A DNA stretch of 64,000 bases from Moniliella sp. 'wahieum' (Eukaryota). Location: assembly GCA_003971905.1 (NCBI GenBank), contig RSEE01000019.1, forward strand, positions 1 to 64,000. Reading direction: 5' to 3'. Positions within the stretch are counted from its first letter, which is position 1, and the number at the start of each line of letters is the position of its first letter. A model generated the notes under the pieces. The model was not told the origin of the DNA, searched no databases, and saw only the letters and a program-made list of their open reading frames with translations. The position numbers and the translations under genes were made by a program. Below, piece after piece: positions 24,924-37,690 of the stretch.

Positions 24924-26220
24924 ATGTCGCCGCCGCCTCCCCGCCGCGTCTGTCGCCTGCCCACCCGCCCGCCTCGGCACCGCCTCCACCTCTACCTCTG
25001 CCGCCCGCCGTACCCAGCGCATCCGCCGCCCTCCTTCGTCTCGCCACTTCTTCCCTCCAGGACCAAGTCAGCGTCCCCGGCGCATTTGCCCACGGCCACG
25101 CCGAGCGCCAGGCCGCGCGCCAGACCGACCGCCAGGCCGAACGCGATGCCGATGCCCATACCGATCCGGACTTGGCGCCCCCGCCACCCAAACGGCGTCG
25201 CGGCTTGGCGGGCGCCTTGGTCGACGGCGCTATGACCGCCTCCCTCGTCGCTGGCGCCGCGGTGTTTGGCGCCTACTCCCTCTGGCAGTCCTGGGCCGCA
25301 AAGCCACACGACGATGCTGACGATACTGATGATGCTACTGTCACGATCTGCGCGCCCAGCGACACGATACCTCCTTGGTCCCAGATGCTCAAAACGGACT
25401 TTTGGCCCCAACACCAGGTACGTTCCTTGCTACGTTTCCTTCTCATCCCACCCTCCTTTTCCCTTTGGTCTCCCTTGCGCCTGGCCTTCTCTGAATGGAT
25501 CGGTTGCTCGGGCGCCTTGATCGCCGGATGCTTGTATGCCTGCCTGCCTGCCTGCTGCCTGCACGAAGCAGGAACCGATACTAACCCCCGCCTTTTTCGG
25601 ATGATTTTACTGGACGGGCATGGTCCTGGGTAGACACCGAGCTCAAAGCATGCCACCCCTACTGCTAGCCCGGTTCCCGCAACGCCGCCACCCACGCCAT
25701 ATACATTTCCAACCGAGTCGCCGCACCCTCATGCCCTCCCCAGCGTAGACGCACCGCCACGGCCGGCACGGGCGTGCCCTTACGCTCCACCCCGTCCAAG
25801 TCTACTATGGTCCCAGGGGGGTTTGGCTCCCAACCTTCCCTGCCCCTGTCGCACTTCGACCCTTTCCTTCCTTCCCCGTCCGCAGCGCCGGCGCCTCCCC
25901 CCGTCCCCGCGAGGGGGAGAAGAAAGCTATGCCTGGGACTCAAGCGTGGCGCATCCGTACCCTCCGCTCCTGCCCGACGGAATGGTGATGGTGATGCTGA
26001 TGGCGATGGTGATGGGATGGCATGCGCACGGCCATGATAAGGAGGATGACGAGGACGACGCGGCCTTTTCTCGTATGCAAGATCGGTTTGGCAGCTATGA
26101 TAGCTGAATGACCACGGCGTTGTGGCCGGCCGGATACCGAGGCGTTGCACGCCCAAATACAACAAGATGAACGTGAACTTGAACATGAACATCAACATGA
26201 ACATGAACGGAACGTGAACT
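24924..26220 (+). CDS. Hypothetical protein with a single hydrophobic segment and a low-complexity body
   Basis: PPPKRRRGLAGALVDGAMTASLVAGAAVFGAYSLWQSW. Intron 25418-25633 (GTACGT..CTAAC..TAG). Acidic stretch followed by MQDRLAAMIAE after indel correction. Confidence 0.6.
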
Positions 26221-27326
26221 TGAGCACCGTTCTTCCCTTGCCCTGTCGGGATTGGGATGGGCCAAACCCCTTCGCTCTATGCAAATCCCTCACCGGCCTC
26301 GGTAGCTTCCCGCTCCATTTGGATCTGCATCCGCCTCGCACTCTGCCTCGCACTCTGCCTCGCGCTCTGCCTCGCGTTCCGCTTCACGCCCCGCCTCGCG
26401 TCCGCTTCGCGCATTCCCGTACCTGCTTCCCCACGTACCGTCCCCCATCTTCCGCCACGTTTGCCTTTCGTCTAGCTCCGACCGCTACCGCTACCGCGAC
26501 CACCCCGCCCGCGAGCGCGAGCTGGATGCCTCCCTCGCATACCCCACCCATGGAATGCTCATGCGAGCAATGCGTATGGGAACGCACATGGGAACGCACA
26601 TGCACATGCACATGCGTATGGGAACGCACAAACCGATGCAAACTGACCCCGCGCGCTCGCTCTCCTGACCCACTACGTCTCTCCCCTCCGGCCCGCTCGC
26701 CTCGTCGAACGGCACCTGGACCCGGTACTGCTTCCACTCCCAATCCTACACCCACCGTGCGTCACCTCGTGCGTCACTTGTGCATCATCACCTCGTGCGT
26801 CCCGCCCTTCTTCTTCTTCCCACTTGCTTCCCGCTCGCCTCTCGCTCCGCCCACGCTCCCGCCCCTCCCTCCCGCCCGGCTTGGCGCTAACCCAGCTTCT
26901 CTTCTGTCTGGAGCCGGGGCGCGGTGGGACGGGCGATAGATGATTTTATCGTCGGTATGCAAGCTTCAAGGGTCAAGCTTCAAGCTTCATGTTTGGGTTG
27001 GCGCGAACCGCGAACCGTGAATCCTTCCTGCTGGTTGGTTTGGCAGCGGAAAAGGTGGCTCGCTTGCACGGTCCAGGGCATGGGTTTGGGCTGGGGTGGG
27101 GTGAGGGTGGATGGGGTTGGGTTGGGTTCGGTTCCTATTGCATCCCCCTTGCTTCACGTTGGGCCAGGATTGGGTACTCTGTCGGTACGGTACGGTATGT
27201 ATGGCGTGCGTAGTATAAGATCGTAGTTGTAGCAGACTATAGAAGCTACCGTGCCGTACCTGAGGCCTGAGTGGATGCGAAGGATGCTGGTGGCCTTAGA
27301 GATTGGACAGTAGCAGCATGTATTAC

Positions 27327-27379
27327 GTTGGAGGTTGGAGGTGGAGGTGGAGGTTGGAGGTTGGAGGTTGGAGGTTGGA
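27327..27379. repeat. (GGAGGTT)n microsatellite
   Basis: Seen directly. Confidence 0.85.
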
Positions 27380-27899
27380 CATAGAAGCCGGGTACATACA
27401 GGTTGATGGGAGGTATGTGTGTACTGAGGACTGATTACTGAGGACTGAGGTCACTGATGGGTACTAAGATGGCGTTCGATTCTGCGTATAGTACGGACGG
27501 TAGGGGTACCAGTGGTCCGCGCAACGTGGCCTTTTGCTTTTGTGTTGTTGCGAGTTGCGTTGCGAGTTGTGGGGTTGTGTGGGGTGGGGCTGGGTTGGGC
27601 TGGGTTGGGTTATTGTGCCGCAGCACTTACCAACTGATGGGCAGAACACTGCGGTTAGGGCGGCGCTCGACATATGGCGCTTTAAGATCACCTGCGTCGT
27701 AGCCTTGCAGAGTCGGCAGGTCGTGTGCGGGAACGGGGGTAAACGGGGTAAACGGGGGTAACGCCCTCACGCCATAAACGGAGCGTAGGGTAGCGTAGGG
27801 CCGAGTAGCATGCACCATTTAACACGTTCCACGTCGTAAGCAGCGTAGCAGCAAGAGCAAGGAGCAAGGAGCAAGGAGCGAGGTGCCAGGGCAAGGTAC

Positions 27900-29183
27900 C
27901 TACAACTGGTACGTGGCCCGCACCTTGGCATAGTGCTTAGTTCCCACGTACGTTCCACCTTGTCCCTCACACACGTTACCACCCCGCCGCCACTGGCCCG
28001 AACCCGCTCCTCTGTCGTTCCATGCAGTTTTCTTCCTGCCCTTGGGCGAGAGCGAGAACATGACTTTGACCCTGGCCTGGGCGGTCTTTTTGTCTTTGTC
28101 TTGACCTTGGGCTTGATCTTGACCTTGACCTTGGGCTTGGGATTCCCCTAACCCTTCCACGTGGCCAGGGTACAGCGCGGGGTACGCCGCCCGTTTCAAC
28201 GAGTCGCGCGCAGGGGTAGAAGCAAGGTAGCCACCTGCGACCAAAACGTATTGTACGTCGTCGTATCCCTAACGCAACGGCGTTGCCCCACCCGACCCAA
28301 TCCCCATCCCCATTCCACTCCCGATCCCGATCCCGCTTACGCTCCCATTCCGCCTCGCGCGGTCCCGACCACGGCGGCGCAAGTGTACTGCTCCCATGCG
28401 GCGAGCGGCCAGGCGTACAAGGCACATGGATCCACCGCGATGGCGTACCGAACCCTCGCTCTGCAGGAGGAGAGCTCGTCCGCCGGCTCCGCCCTACGCT
28501 CGTCAAAGGTCCGGGCCGCACCACATGCTTCGAGAGGTACGGGTGGACCAGGGGTGGGGTAGGGTCGGGTGCGTGCCGGTGCCTGTACCAGTACCCGTGC
28601 CCAGTACCAGTACCAGTACCATTCTCATTCCCATTGGCAGTGCCCAGTGCGGTACCGGGGGCAGTAGGGGAGCCGAGCCTGCGCTTGGTGCATGCCACGA
28701 CCGACTTTGCTTGTGCGGGCCCAAGATGGTCGTGGAGGTCGTAGAGGCCGTGGGGATGGAGGGGCGGATAGGGTATGGGAGGCCGCTGTGGTGGGACGGG
28801 CAGCAAGTGCAGGTGGGAAGGTAGGTCGGATCGAGGCATACGGACCAAACACGTCCCCAAGCGGCGCATCGGTGCGTTGTTGCAAGCACAGCGATTCTAC
28901 CTCGTCGACCGTTTGCTGCGCTGGAGAAGAGGGAAAGAAAGAAAGAAGAGAGGTGGTTCGTTTCGTCAGCACACTTGTATATGATGATATCTCGCAAGAG
29001 CGACAACCAAGCAAGAGCGAATAAAGGGAATGCCTACCCATCCGTTTTGGACCTTGAAGTGGGCATAGCGCAGCCGGCGCGCACATTGCCGCGCCAGGTG
29101 TTGGATCGCTTCGGGCGGCAGCGGCGGTCGTGGCGGGAAGAGGCTGTGGCGGTAGTGAACGTAGGGGGGGGGACAGCGGGCAT
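27900..29183 (-). CDS. Whi5/Nrm1-like G1/S transcriptional repressor (GTB motif)
   Basis: Splicing intron 28921-29037 (GTAGGC..CTGAC..CAG) and correcting one base gives LARQCARRLRYAHFKVQNGW|AQQTVDEVESL, which fits L..RL.YA..KV..GW....L.EVE. The rest is low complexity; the 3' end is uncertain. Confidence 0.7.
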
Positions 29184-29586
29184 GGGGGAGGAGCCGGAGG
29201 GGGAGGAGAAGGGAGAAGGGAGAAGGAGGCAGAGGAGACGGAGGGAAGAGGAAGAGGAAGGAAAGGGGGGATGGGGGGAAGAGTGGAGAAGACCAAGCCG
29301 GCGGCGCTTATTTATATCCCGGGCGCCGACCCCGCCCGGTGGGTTGAACGTTGGGCAGCTGGGCGCGGTGCGTCTCAGTGGCTGTAGTGTAGATCAACGC
29401 GGCGCCACGGTGGTTCACGTGGCCTGCGTGCTAGGGTTGGCGGCGCAGTCGTTGCGATGCAATTAATTAATTGGGGCTAAGGCCTAAGGAAAAGTGGCAA
29501 GTGAGAGACTTCAAACAATTCAAACGCAACGCTTGGTTTGCCTCACCACCGCACCATCCACTCGCCTTCTGCCTTGGAGCCTCCCG

Positions 29587-29880
29587 ATGGACCAGTCCGG
29601 CCGGCTCTCCGAGTTTGAGCTGCGCACCGCACTCGTCGACCATACCGTCCTGATCCACACGACGACGGGCGCGTTCAAGGGCCGCTTGGTGTGCATCGAT
29701 GGCGCACGCAACGCCATGCTGCAAAGTGCCACTGAGATCCGCCGCCTGCACCCTATGCTACGCGCTACGTCGGACCCGTCATGGTTCCTGGTGCCCACAT
29801 TGTTCGTGTAGAGGTAAAGCAGGCACAACTACCTCTCTCGGCCCGCGGCGCACGACCGATCATGGGCTTACCTGCCTTGA
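29587..29880 (+). CDS. Sm-like protein, probably the NatC auxiliary subunit Mak31/Naa38 (LSMD1)
   Basis: Sm1 LVDHTVLIHTTTGAFKGRLVCIDGARNAMLQSATE and, after a frameshift, Sm2 RYVGPVMVPGAHIVRVEV. Confidence 0.7.
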
Positions 29881-30204
29881 CGGTGTCGATCAGAGGCCCG
29901 AGCAGGGTCAAGTTTCAAGTCCCTTGTCATTTTCCCACGTGGCTGATGCACCTGCCACTCGCTGCCCGTGCATTGATACCCTCTCTCACGCCGCTTCCTA
30001 TGCATTTGGCATCCTCGCTTTGCATCGTTGTGCCCCTCCGAGGGTTGGGGGGGGGGGGGGGGGGAAGGGGCGAAAAAAGGGGCGAATACAGGACGTGGGC
30101 GCGGGTTGGAAAACGCATTCGTCCCGTTCGCGCTTTCCGACTCTTGCTCAGCTCCTCTTTCGACTTGAGAGATTAATTTTCTACAACTTTTGTTCATCTT
30201 GCTC

Positions 30205-30270
30205 CCATTTCCATCTCCATCTCCATCTCCATCTCCATCTCCTTCATCTCCTTCATCTCCTTCATCTTCT
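30205..30270. repeat. (CCATCT)n / (CCTTCATCT)n microsatellite
   Basis: Seen directly; it produces the spurious MEMEME ORF. Confidence 0.85.
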
Positions 30271-31058
30271 TCGCCATCTTCTTCATGTACCACGGGAGTA
30301 CCCTTCGAGTCCACTTTCTTGTCTTGCTTGGCCTGCTCGGCTCCCTTGGGTTGGATTTCCGGGTTGCGGCAACTCCATTTCCTCGCCCCGTGGAATTCAC
30401 ATGGTCACATCCTCGTCCCTGCCACTTGCACACACATTGACCCTCGTCATCAAGTTCAGTGTCGTTGTCAATCTGCATGACCTTGCTCTCGTCCTTTCCC
30501 TTGTCCTTGTCTTTGTCCTTGCTCTCGCGGTGTAATTTGGTGTCCACTGCCACTGCCAGCGGTGCTGAGACCGGTCCCCTTGGTTCTCACTTTGCAATCG
30601 GTCCGACGAGACGATTCCACCTCCTCGCACAGCCTCCTCTACCATCACATGTCATGCGAGTCGCTGTGACGACCTGTTTACCCTGTTGGACATTGGACGT
30701 TGAACGTTGAACGTAATACATCCCTGCTCGAGTCGGTTGAACGAGGGTAGCCCAGAGGGAAGAAGGAGTTGTGCTGCTCTTCGGCCATTGGATATGACCA
30801 TGGACCCAGGAGAGATCGGGAGGTGTGCGTGCTGCGCGATGAACATTTCCGACAGCACCGCCCGCAACCCTAGCATGCGCGCAGGCCGCCGATGACGTTG
30901 CGGTGCGCTGGGGCGGGCGGGCGGGGCGGGCACGGCGCCAGTGTCGCGTGCGATAACGCCCCCGCGCAGGCTGGCCACGTTGCCGCTCCGAACGCTGGCG
31001 GCGACGCCCACCACAACCACCACCAGCACCCCCACCACCACCGCCTCGTCTCTCCACC

Positions 31059-34000
31059 ATGTCGTACGCTGCGGTCGTCCGTGCGCTGTACGACTACGAA
31101 GCCACCGCCGACGACGAGCTCACCGTCGCCGAGGACGAGGGCCTCTACGTCCTCGACAACACCGACCCCGAGTGGTGGAAGGTCAAGCGCCGCGCCCCCG
31201 TCGATCCCACCCACCGGCCATCCCCAGCCCTTCCCGCCCGGCCGCTCCGCCGACGACACTGGACTCGTGCCCGCCACCTACGTCGAGCCTGCCGAGCCGC
31301 TGCGCATCAGCCGCGCCCTGTACGACTACTCGGCCACGGCCGAGGAGGAACTGTCCATGCACGAGGAGGACCCGCTGGACGTGTTTGAGTTCGACGGCGA
31401 ATGGCTCTTGGTCAAGAAGCATGACGACCTCACCGGCCGCATTGGTTTGTTCCCGCCAACTACGTCGATGACGCTGACACCCAGGGCGAGGTAGCTGCCA
31501 GCGGCGGCCGCTGCCCATATCCAGCCCAGGCCCATCAACAGTTGCAGGAGCCTGAGCCTGAGCCCGAGCCCGAGCCCGAGCCCGAGCCTGAGTATGAGCC
31601 TGAACCTGCCCCTGCCCCGCCGCCTCCGCCGCCTCCGCCCCCTGCACCCGTGGGCGTACCTACCCCTCCGCCTCCGCCTCCTGCGCCGGTGGCGGTGTTG
31701 CCTCCGCCCCAGCGTCCAGTTCTTGCGGCCACGCGGTCTACTCCGCCGTGGGGAGCGAGGAGGACGAGGAGGACGAGGATGCTGAGTACGAAAGTGGCCA
31801 GATTAGCAAACCGACAGTCCCATCGGGTTATCGGCTAGCAATGAGGATACGATTAAGATGTGGTCGGTCAATGTACGCTTGGAATTTTCTCCCTTGCGCT
31901 CACTCGTGTAACTGACCTGGATTCCCGTCTCCTATTTCGTCGTGTTAGATCCTGGACCAAGAAGAAGAAGCGCAAAGGCACGGTTGGTATCGGCAGTGGC
32001 TCGGTCTTTTTCTCTTCCGAGTCGGACAAGATCCCTTCGACGACGCTCAAGGTGCTGTCTATTAACGACGTCGAGGTGGCCAAGAAGCAAGTCACGTTTG
32101 AGCTCGAACCCGGTACGACGGCTGACATGTCATTTGAGGAGGGGGGCATGGAAGTGATTGTTGTTGTCGCCAACAACAAGGACGATGCCCGGGATATCTC
32201 CGTCAAACTTATTTCCAGCCAAACGGCCACTCGGCAAGCTAAACGTGCGGCCTCCCAGCCATGTCCGCCGCCGCTGCGGCACAGGAAGAAGCTCCTCCTT
32301 CTCTCCCCGTCCGTGGGCCCAATATGTCCTCGCCGCCGAACCAGACTCTGCTGGTTCGGGTCCGCTGCCTTGAACCCCGGAGAAGAGCACGGGTTAGCAC
32401 TCTACGACTTTGAGGCTGCCGGAGACGATGAACTGTCGGTGGTTGAAAACGAACCATTGGTGATTGTCGAGAAGGAAACGGCGATTGGTGGAAAGTGCGC
32501 AACAAGGATAACGTTGAGGGTGTGGTACCTGCCTCGTACATTGAAGCCACTGCTCCCGCCGCTGCTCCCCCGCGTGCAGCCAGCGCTCCAGGCGATCCCA
32601 TGGCCGCATCGCACCTCACCTCACGGCGGATAGCCGAGGAGAGGCCGAGTGGCCCAGCAAGAGAGGGAGCTGGCTGCTCTCGAGGCCCAGAGGCTGAGCG
32701 CACCCGTGCCGCTCGCGCAGCTGAAATCGAGCGGCGCAAAAAGGAAATTGTCGAACGTCGTCGGCGTGAGGAAGAAGACCTCGATCGTTCTCGGTCTGCT
32801 CCGCCCGGTGGCAAGGGCGAACGCCGCGCCCGCTTTGCTGATGACAACAGTGCCAAGGCCGGTGGGTCGGGCGACAAGCCGCGCAAGCCATCCCGGAACA
32901 ACACACGCATGTGGCATGACAAGACGGGACAGTTTAACGTCGAGGCTGAGTTCCTTGGTTTCCACCACGGCAAGATTCGTTTGCACAAGATGGCGTTGTG
33001 ATTGAAGTGGCGATTGAGAAGATGAGCTTGGCGGATATTATGTTCCTTGAGGACATTACCGGTCGCCGTCTCCGGCCTAAGGACGATGATGATATTCCTT
33101 TGGCCATGCGGGGGCGGCGCCGGACAACCGTCGAGGACTTGGCTGCCGGGCGTAAAGGCGCGAGGTTGAAGAGCGTGGGGATGCGAGCATGAGCGTCGCC
33201 GTATGCTCCGTGAACAGCGCGAGAAGGAGAAGGAGCGCGAACGGGACCGAGTGCACGGTCGAGGGCCGACGTGGAACGGGTGGACCGCTTGGAGCGCGAG
33301 CTGGCACGCGAAAAGCAGAAGGCTCGTGAGGCGGAGTTGCAGCGCGAGAAGGAGAAGGAGAAAGAGAAGGAACGTGAACGCAAGGAGCGCAACAAGTCCA
33401 AGCGTCCCAACACGGACTGGTTTGAATGGTTCCTTGCCGCTGGCGTGGATGTGGACGACTGCACCCGCTATGCCAATGCGTTTGAGCGCGACAATATTGA
33501 CGAGGCGGTTTTGCCTGAACTCGATCCGTCCGTGCTGAGGTCGCTGGGGTTGCGCGAGGGAGACATCATTCGGGTGCGCAAGTACATCCACACCAAGTAC
33601 GGCCTACCTGTACCCGGATCCAAGTCGGACGCGGATCAGATCCGCTCGATGAGGCTCTGGCGCGCAAGATCCAGGCAGACGAACAAGCGGCGCGGCGCTC
33701 AGGCAAGGCGAGCGACGCTCCCGGTCTTTTCTCCGAGGCTGACGGAACGCTCAAGAACACACGCGCCGTGGCAGGCCTCAGAACACGCGCAATACGACAC
33801 TAGACTCGGTTGATGCTAGCTCCCTCCAGGCCGCGACGGATCTGCTGCGCAACCCGTCGCCCCCGCCCGCGCGCAAGACGTCGCGGCCCCGCAGGCTCGA
33901 ACGGCTTTGACGATGATGCATGGACGAACCACCCGGCAGTACCAAATCGGCCTCGTCGGCTCCGCCTCCGCTCCCGGGCAACCACCCTAGCCGGGGCGCG

Positions 34001-34902
34001 ACGCCTCAGGTGGTCTCGCCTCCCCCGGCGCCTGCACCTGCTCCAGCCCCAGCTCCTGCCCCAGCCCCGGCTCCGGCTCCAGCACCGGTTGCGGCCCCGG
34101 CACCTGCACCGCCTGTGGCACCCACACCCCCCCGACCCGAACCAAGACTTGTTGGATAGGCTGGCAGCTATGAAAACAGCTTCCCCCCCTGCTCCCAGGC
34201 CGGGAGCTACCCCGCTGGGTGGAGGAGGATGTACGGCATGCCATCGGTTTCCCCTCAACCAGGGATGCTGGGATCCCCACGCCCCAGCCGCGGGGACCGA
34301 TGGCGCCCGTGCCGCAAAACCAAGGTCTACTCCAACCCCTCGTCCCGACAAGCGGCACAGGTCAGTTTGTCCCCACCCACGGGTATGGGGGGTATGGGAA
34401 TGGCACCCATGCAGACGGGCATGCCTACGGGGATGCCCATGGGTGGCATGGGAATGCAGCCCATGCAAACGGGCATGGGAGGGATGGGGATGGGAATGCA
34501 ACCCATGCAAACGGGTATGATGGGCATGGCTCCCATGCAGACTGGAATGCCTCCCATGCAAGCGGGCATGGCTCCCATGCAGACCGGCATGGGCATGGGC
34601 GGTATGGGCATGGCATGCAGCCTATGCAAACGGGCATGCCTGCGACGACGTTTGGGCAGTCAATGATGCCTGCGCAAGCGCAAGCGCCGCAGCCCACCTC
34701 GACGTTTGGCATGCTCTCGGCGCAAGCACAGCAGCAGGAGCGCGAGAAGGACATGTCCCCCGGCAACGTCTTTGCCCAAATGAAGTCGGGTGCGTTTGCT
34801 CAAGACTCGGCCGACCCCCAGTCGGCCGACAAGTACGATGCTCTCCGCGGCTTTTCCCAAGGCGGCGTCATCTACCCTCAGCAGACGGGATGGTACCAGT
34901 AA
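31059..34902 (+). CDS. SLA1: Endocytic adaptor Sla1 (3 SH3 domains, SHD1, SHD2, C-terminal QxTG repeats)
   Basis: Three ALYDY/ALYDF SH3 domains; TRMWHDKTGQFNVEAEFLG (SHD1); DWFEWFLAAGVD...LGLREGDIIRV (SHD2); PMQTG repeats. Intron 31873-31948. Confidence 0.96.
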
Positions 34903-37244
34903 CCGCCCCCACTCCATTCCGCTTCACTCCATCCTACTCCACTCCATTCTACTCCACGCACACTCTCTTGTTTCTGCTCCGCCCCACTTTTTCTGTGTGC
35001 TGTCCATCCGGCTCCTTCCCCAATCGGACTTGCTGGTGCCGACGCCTCGACGTAGGTCTACCTTGACTGGTCTGCGACCAGGACACTGGATTGGATTTCG
35101 TTGCCTTCGTTCTCTGTCTCGGCTCGGTGGGAGCCCCAACTACCAGTAGCTGGCTAGCAATCCATTTTGTGATGATGCTCCTCTCTCGAACGTCATGCTC
35201 GTAGTTTGGATCGGGTGCAGTCCTACGTGGAAAGAGGAGTCACGGTGGGCACAACGGTCTAGGTGAGATAGGTTGGACATGTAGGATCCTATTGGGCATA
35301 TGATTGTATCGGGTAGGATACTTGGGTACTACTAGCCCTACTGGGGCCACCAACCTTGGGTGGGCCACACTTCAGGCCTGATTAATTCATCTTTGGCCTG
35401 ATTGGCCTGATTTAGTAGATGAGAAAGCCAGACTGCAGAGTTGTGGCGTGCTGGCCAACACAGGCCACGTGTATATATATACGCCAATCTTACGACATAG
35501 AGTGACCTTGGCGCTTCCAAGTAACCCCACCCGCAAGATGAACGGTTCGGTTGGACGCGGCGTAGCGTTTCCCTGTCCCAGCCTTAAGCTCTGTCAATGA
35601 TATGGACGCAACATAGAGATCCCCCGTTCCGCTGTAACCCTCTTCCTCGCTACCACCTCTCCTTCCCCTTCCTTTACCTCTCCGACTCACCCACCTCGTT
35701 ACTTGATTACCACTCGCTGATTAGATGCCTCCCAGGTCTCTCCCAGGTCAAAGCCTTTCACGCGTTGCTGATGCACCGCCAGTCCCCAAATCTCTCTCGC
35801 GTATCCTATCATTTTCTGCAGTGTGTTAGGTCCTTTTTCTTTCGGAAGCAAACCGAGCTGGACTCTTGCGCCATGGGAGAGATCGGTCATGCCTCGGCAA
35901 CGTTCAACACCTCTTCAGCAGGGTAAACATCATAGTCTTTTCAACCCGTTCCAATTCGCCCTGGCCGCGGTCGGGTCAAAAGATCTCCCTAAAGCCGCCT
36001 AGCCATTTCAGCGACAAATCGTGGGAGAGAACTTACGTAGTCGGAGCCAAGAAGGCTTCTCCTCTCGCTGTTGCAGACCAAATACTATGTCACAAGTCCC
36101 GAGCCTCCTCGGCTTCTGGCTCCCGCCAACCAGGGCCCTGACCTCGAAATGCGCGCTACGGACCTAATGGATGCTACACGCCCAACAGTGCGCGCCTCGG
36201 AAGCATGGCACGGCATTCAGGACAGGAATGACGCCGTATACATGAAGTTTCTACTTGGCAATCTCAATCACCCTTCTCCAATATGTCGATTGTCATACGT
36301 TGTAGTAGTAAGTAGTTCTGCACTTTGAGTCATCTTCATTCCTCACTGGCCCTAATAGGCCACGTGCCGCCTGGTTCTGGTCCCATCGGGGACATCAGGG
36401 CAAGGTAAAAGGCTGACCGAAAGTACCGGCAGATACGCAAGCACAGATCATCTATACCTGATCCTCCGCTGTTCACGATGGAGCTTGCTACCGCTGTGGT
36501 CACTGCTCACAGAACACATCTTGCGCCCGCCCTATTGGATTTTCACTCGGTGACAGGGGATACAAGAGGGACCGGGGCCTATGCCCCCCTTCTTTCAGTA
36601 CAATGCACCCCTCTCCCGTTTTATCGGCTGGTTAGAGATCTAAATAACGGTTCCGCACACAGCTATAGTGTTCCAGTTGAGTATTCGCCAGGTCACATTC
36701 CTGGGACCCACTTTTTCATCAAAGGACTGCCTCCAGTACGGGCACATTAACTGCGTATGCTGACAAAAGAGGACGGAGAATGTGGCTCTGCGGCGAGGTA
36801 CAAGAGGCTATGAACAGGGCAGGACATTGTATAACCGTGGTACCGGGGAGCAAAGGTAGCGTCCGGGGGTGCTAAGAGGAGTGATGCCTATCGCGCAACA
36901 GGATGGCGTGATGGAGGTACTGCCCCAACAATGCACACAAACCCAAGGTGATTGGCATAACTACAAGAAAATGAAGAGACGATTCAGGTATGAGGTACGG
37001 TGGGCCAAGTAAATTTCAGCATTGAGCTCGACGCCAGTTGTGAAGCATGGAAGGGAGCTTGCCACAATGCATGGGACAAGGAAAGGCATAATGAAAGCTG
37101 CACTCGGGCAAGGAGGGGGGTACATGGGGGGTTCAATCCTCTCCCCCCTCCTGCAGGTCCAATGGGTTGGGAGAAGGGTACGCTGGGGTTCAATCCTCGC
37201 CCTCTCCTCAAGTCCCAGGGCCAGAAGGTAACAAGGCATCTCGC

Positions 37245-37690
37245 TCACAGACGGCGACCACGACGGCCACCCTTCCTGCGGGTCGAGTCGGTCGGGACGG
37301 GGGTTACATCCTCAATCCGACCGATGCGCATTCCCGAACGGGCCAGTGCACGCAGAGCCGATTGGGCTCCCGGACCAGGCGACTTGGTGCCCGTGCCACC
37401 AGTAGCACGAAGCTTGATGTGCAGAGCAGTGATGCCCACCTCTTTGCAGCGCGCGGCCACGTCCTGCGCCGCCAGCATGGCTGCGTACGGGGAGGACTCG
37501 TCCCGGTCGGCCTTCACCTTCATCCCGCCCGTCACACGACTGATCGTCTCTTTCCCCGACAGGTCCGTCACGTGAATGAACGAGTCATTGTACGAAGCGA
37601 AGATGTGGGCCGTGCCAAACACAAGCTCCCCATCGCCAACCTGGGGCCAAGTGCGACAGCGGGAGCAGCAGTACGGGTCTTCGGGGGCAT
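37245..37690 (-). CDS. RPS14: 40S ribosomal protein uS11 (S14)
   Basis: MPPK...[27 protein letters not shown]...[21 protein letters not shown]. One indel near the 5' end; predicted 5'-UTR intron 37695-37862. Confidence 0.97.

Noticed and set aside
27457..27720. Short peptides containing CVVA, as possible pheromone precursors
   Set aside because: CVVA is not followed by a stop codon, and the first copy lies in simple-repeat DNA.
29868..30650. Minus-strand ORFs with DKDK and MEME runs
   Set aside because: Explained by microsatellites; no domain signal.
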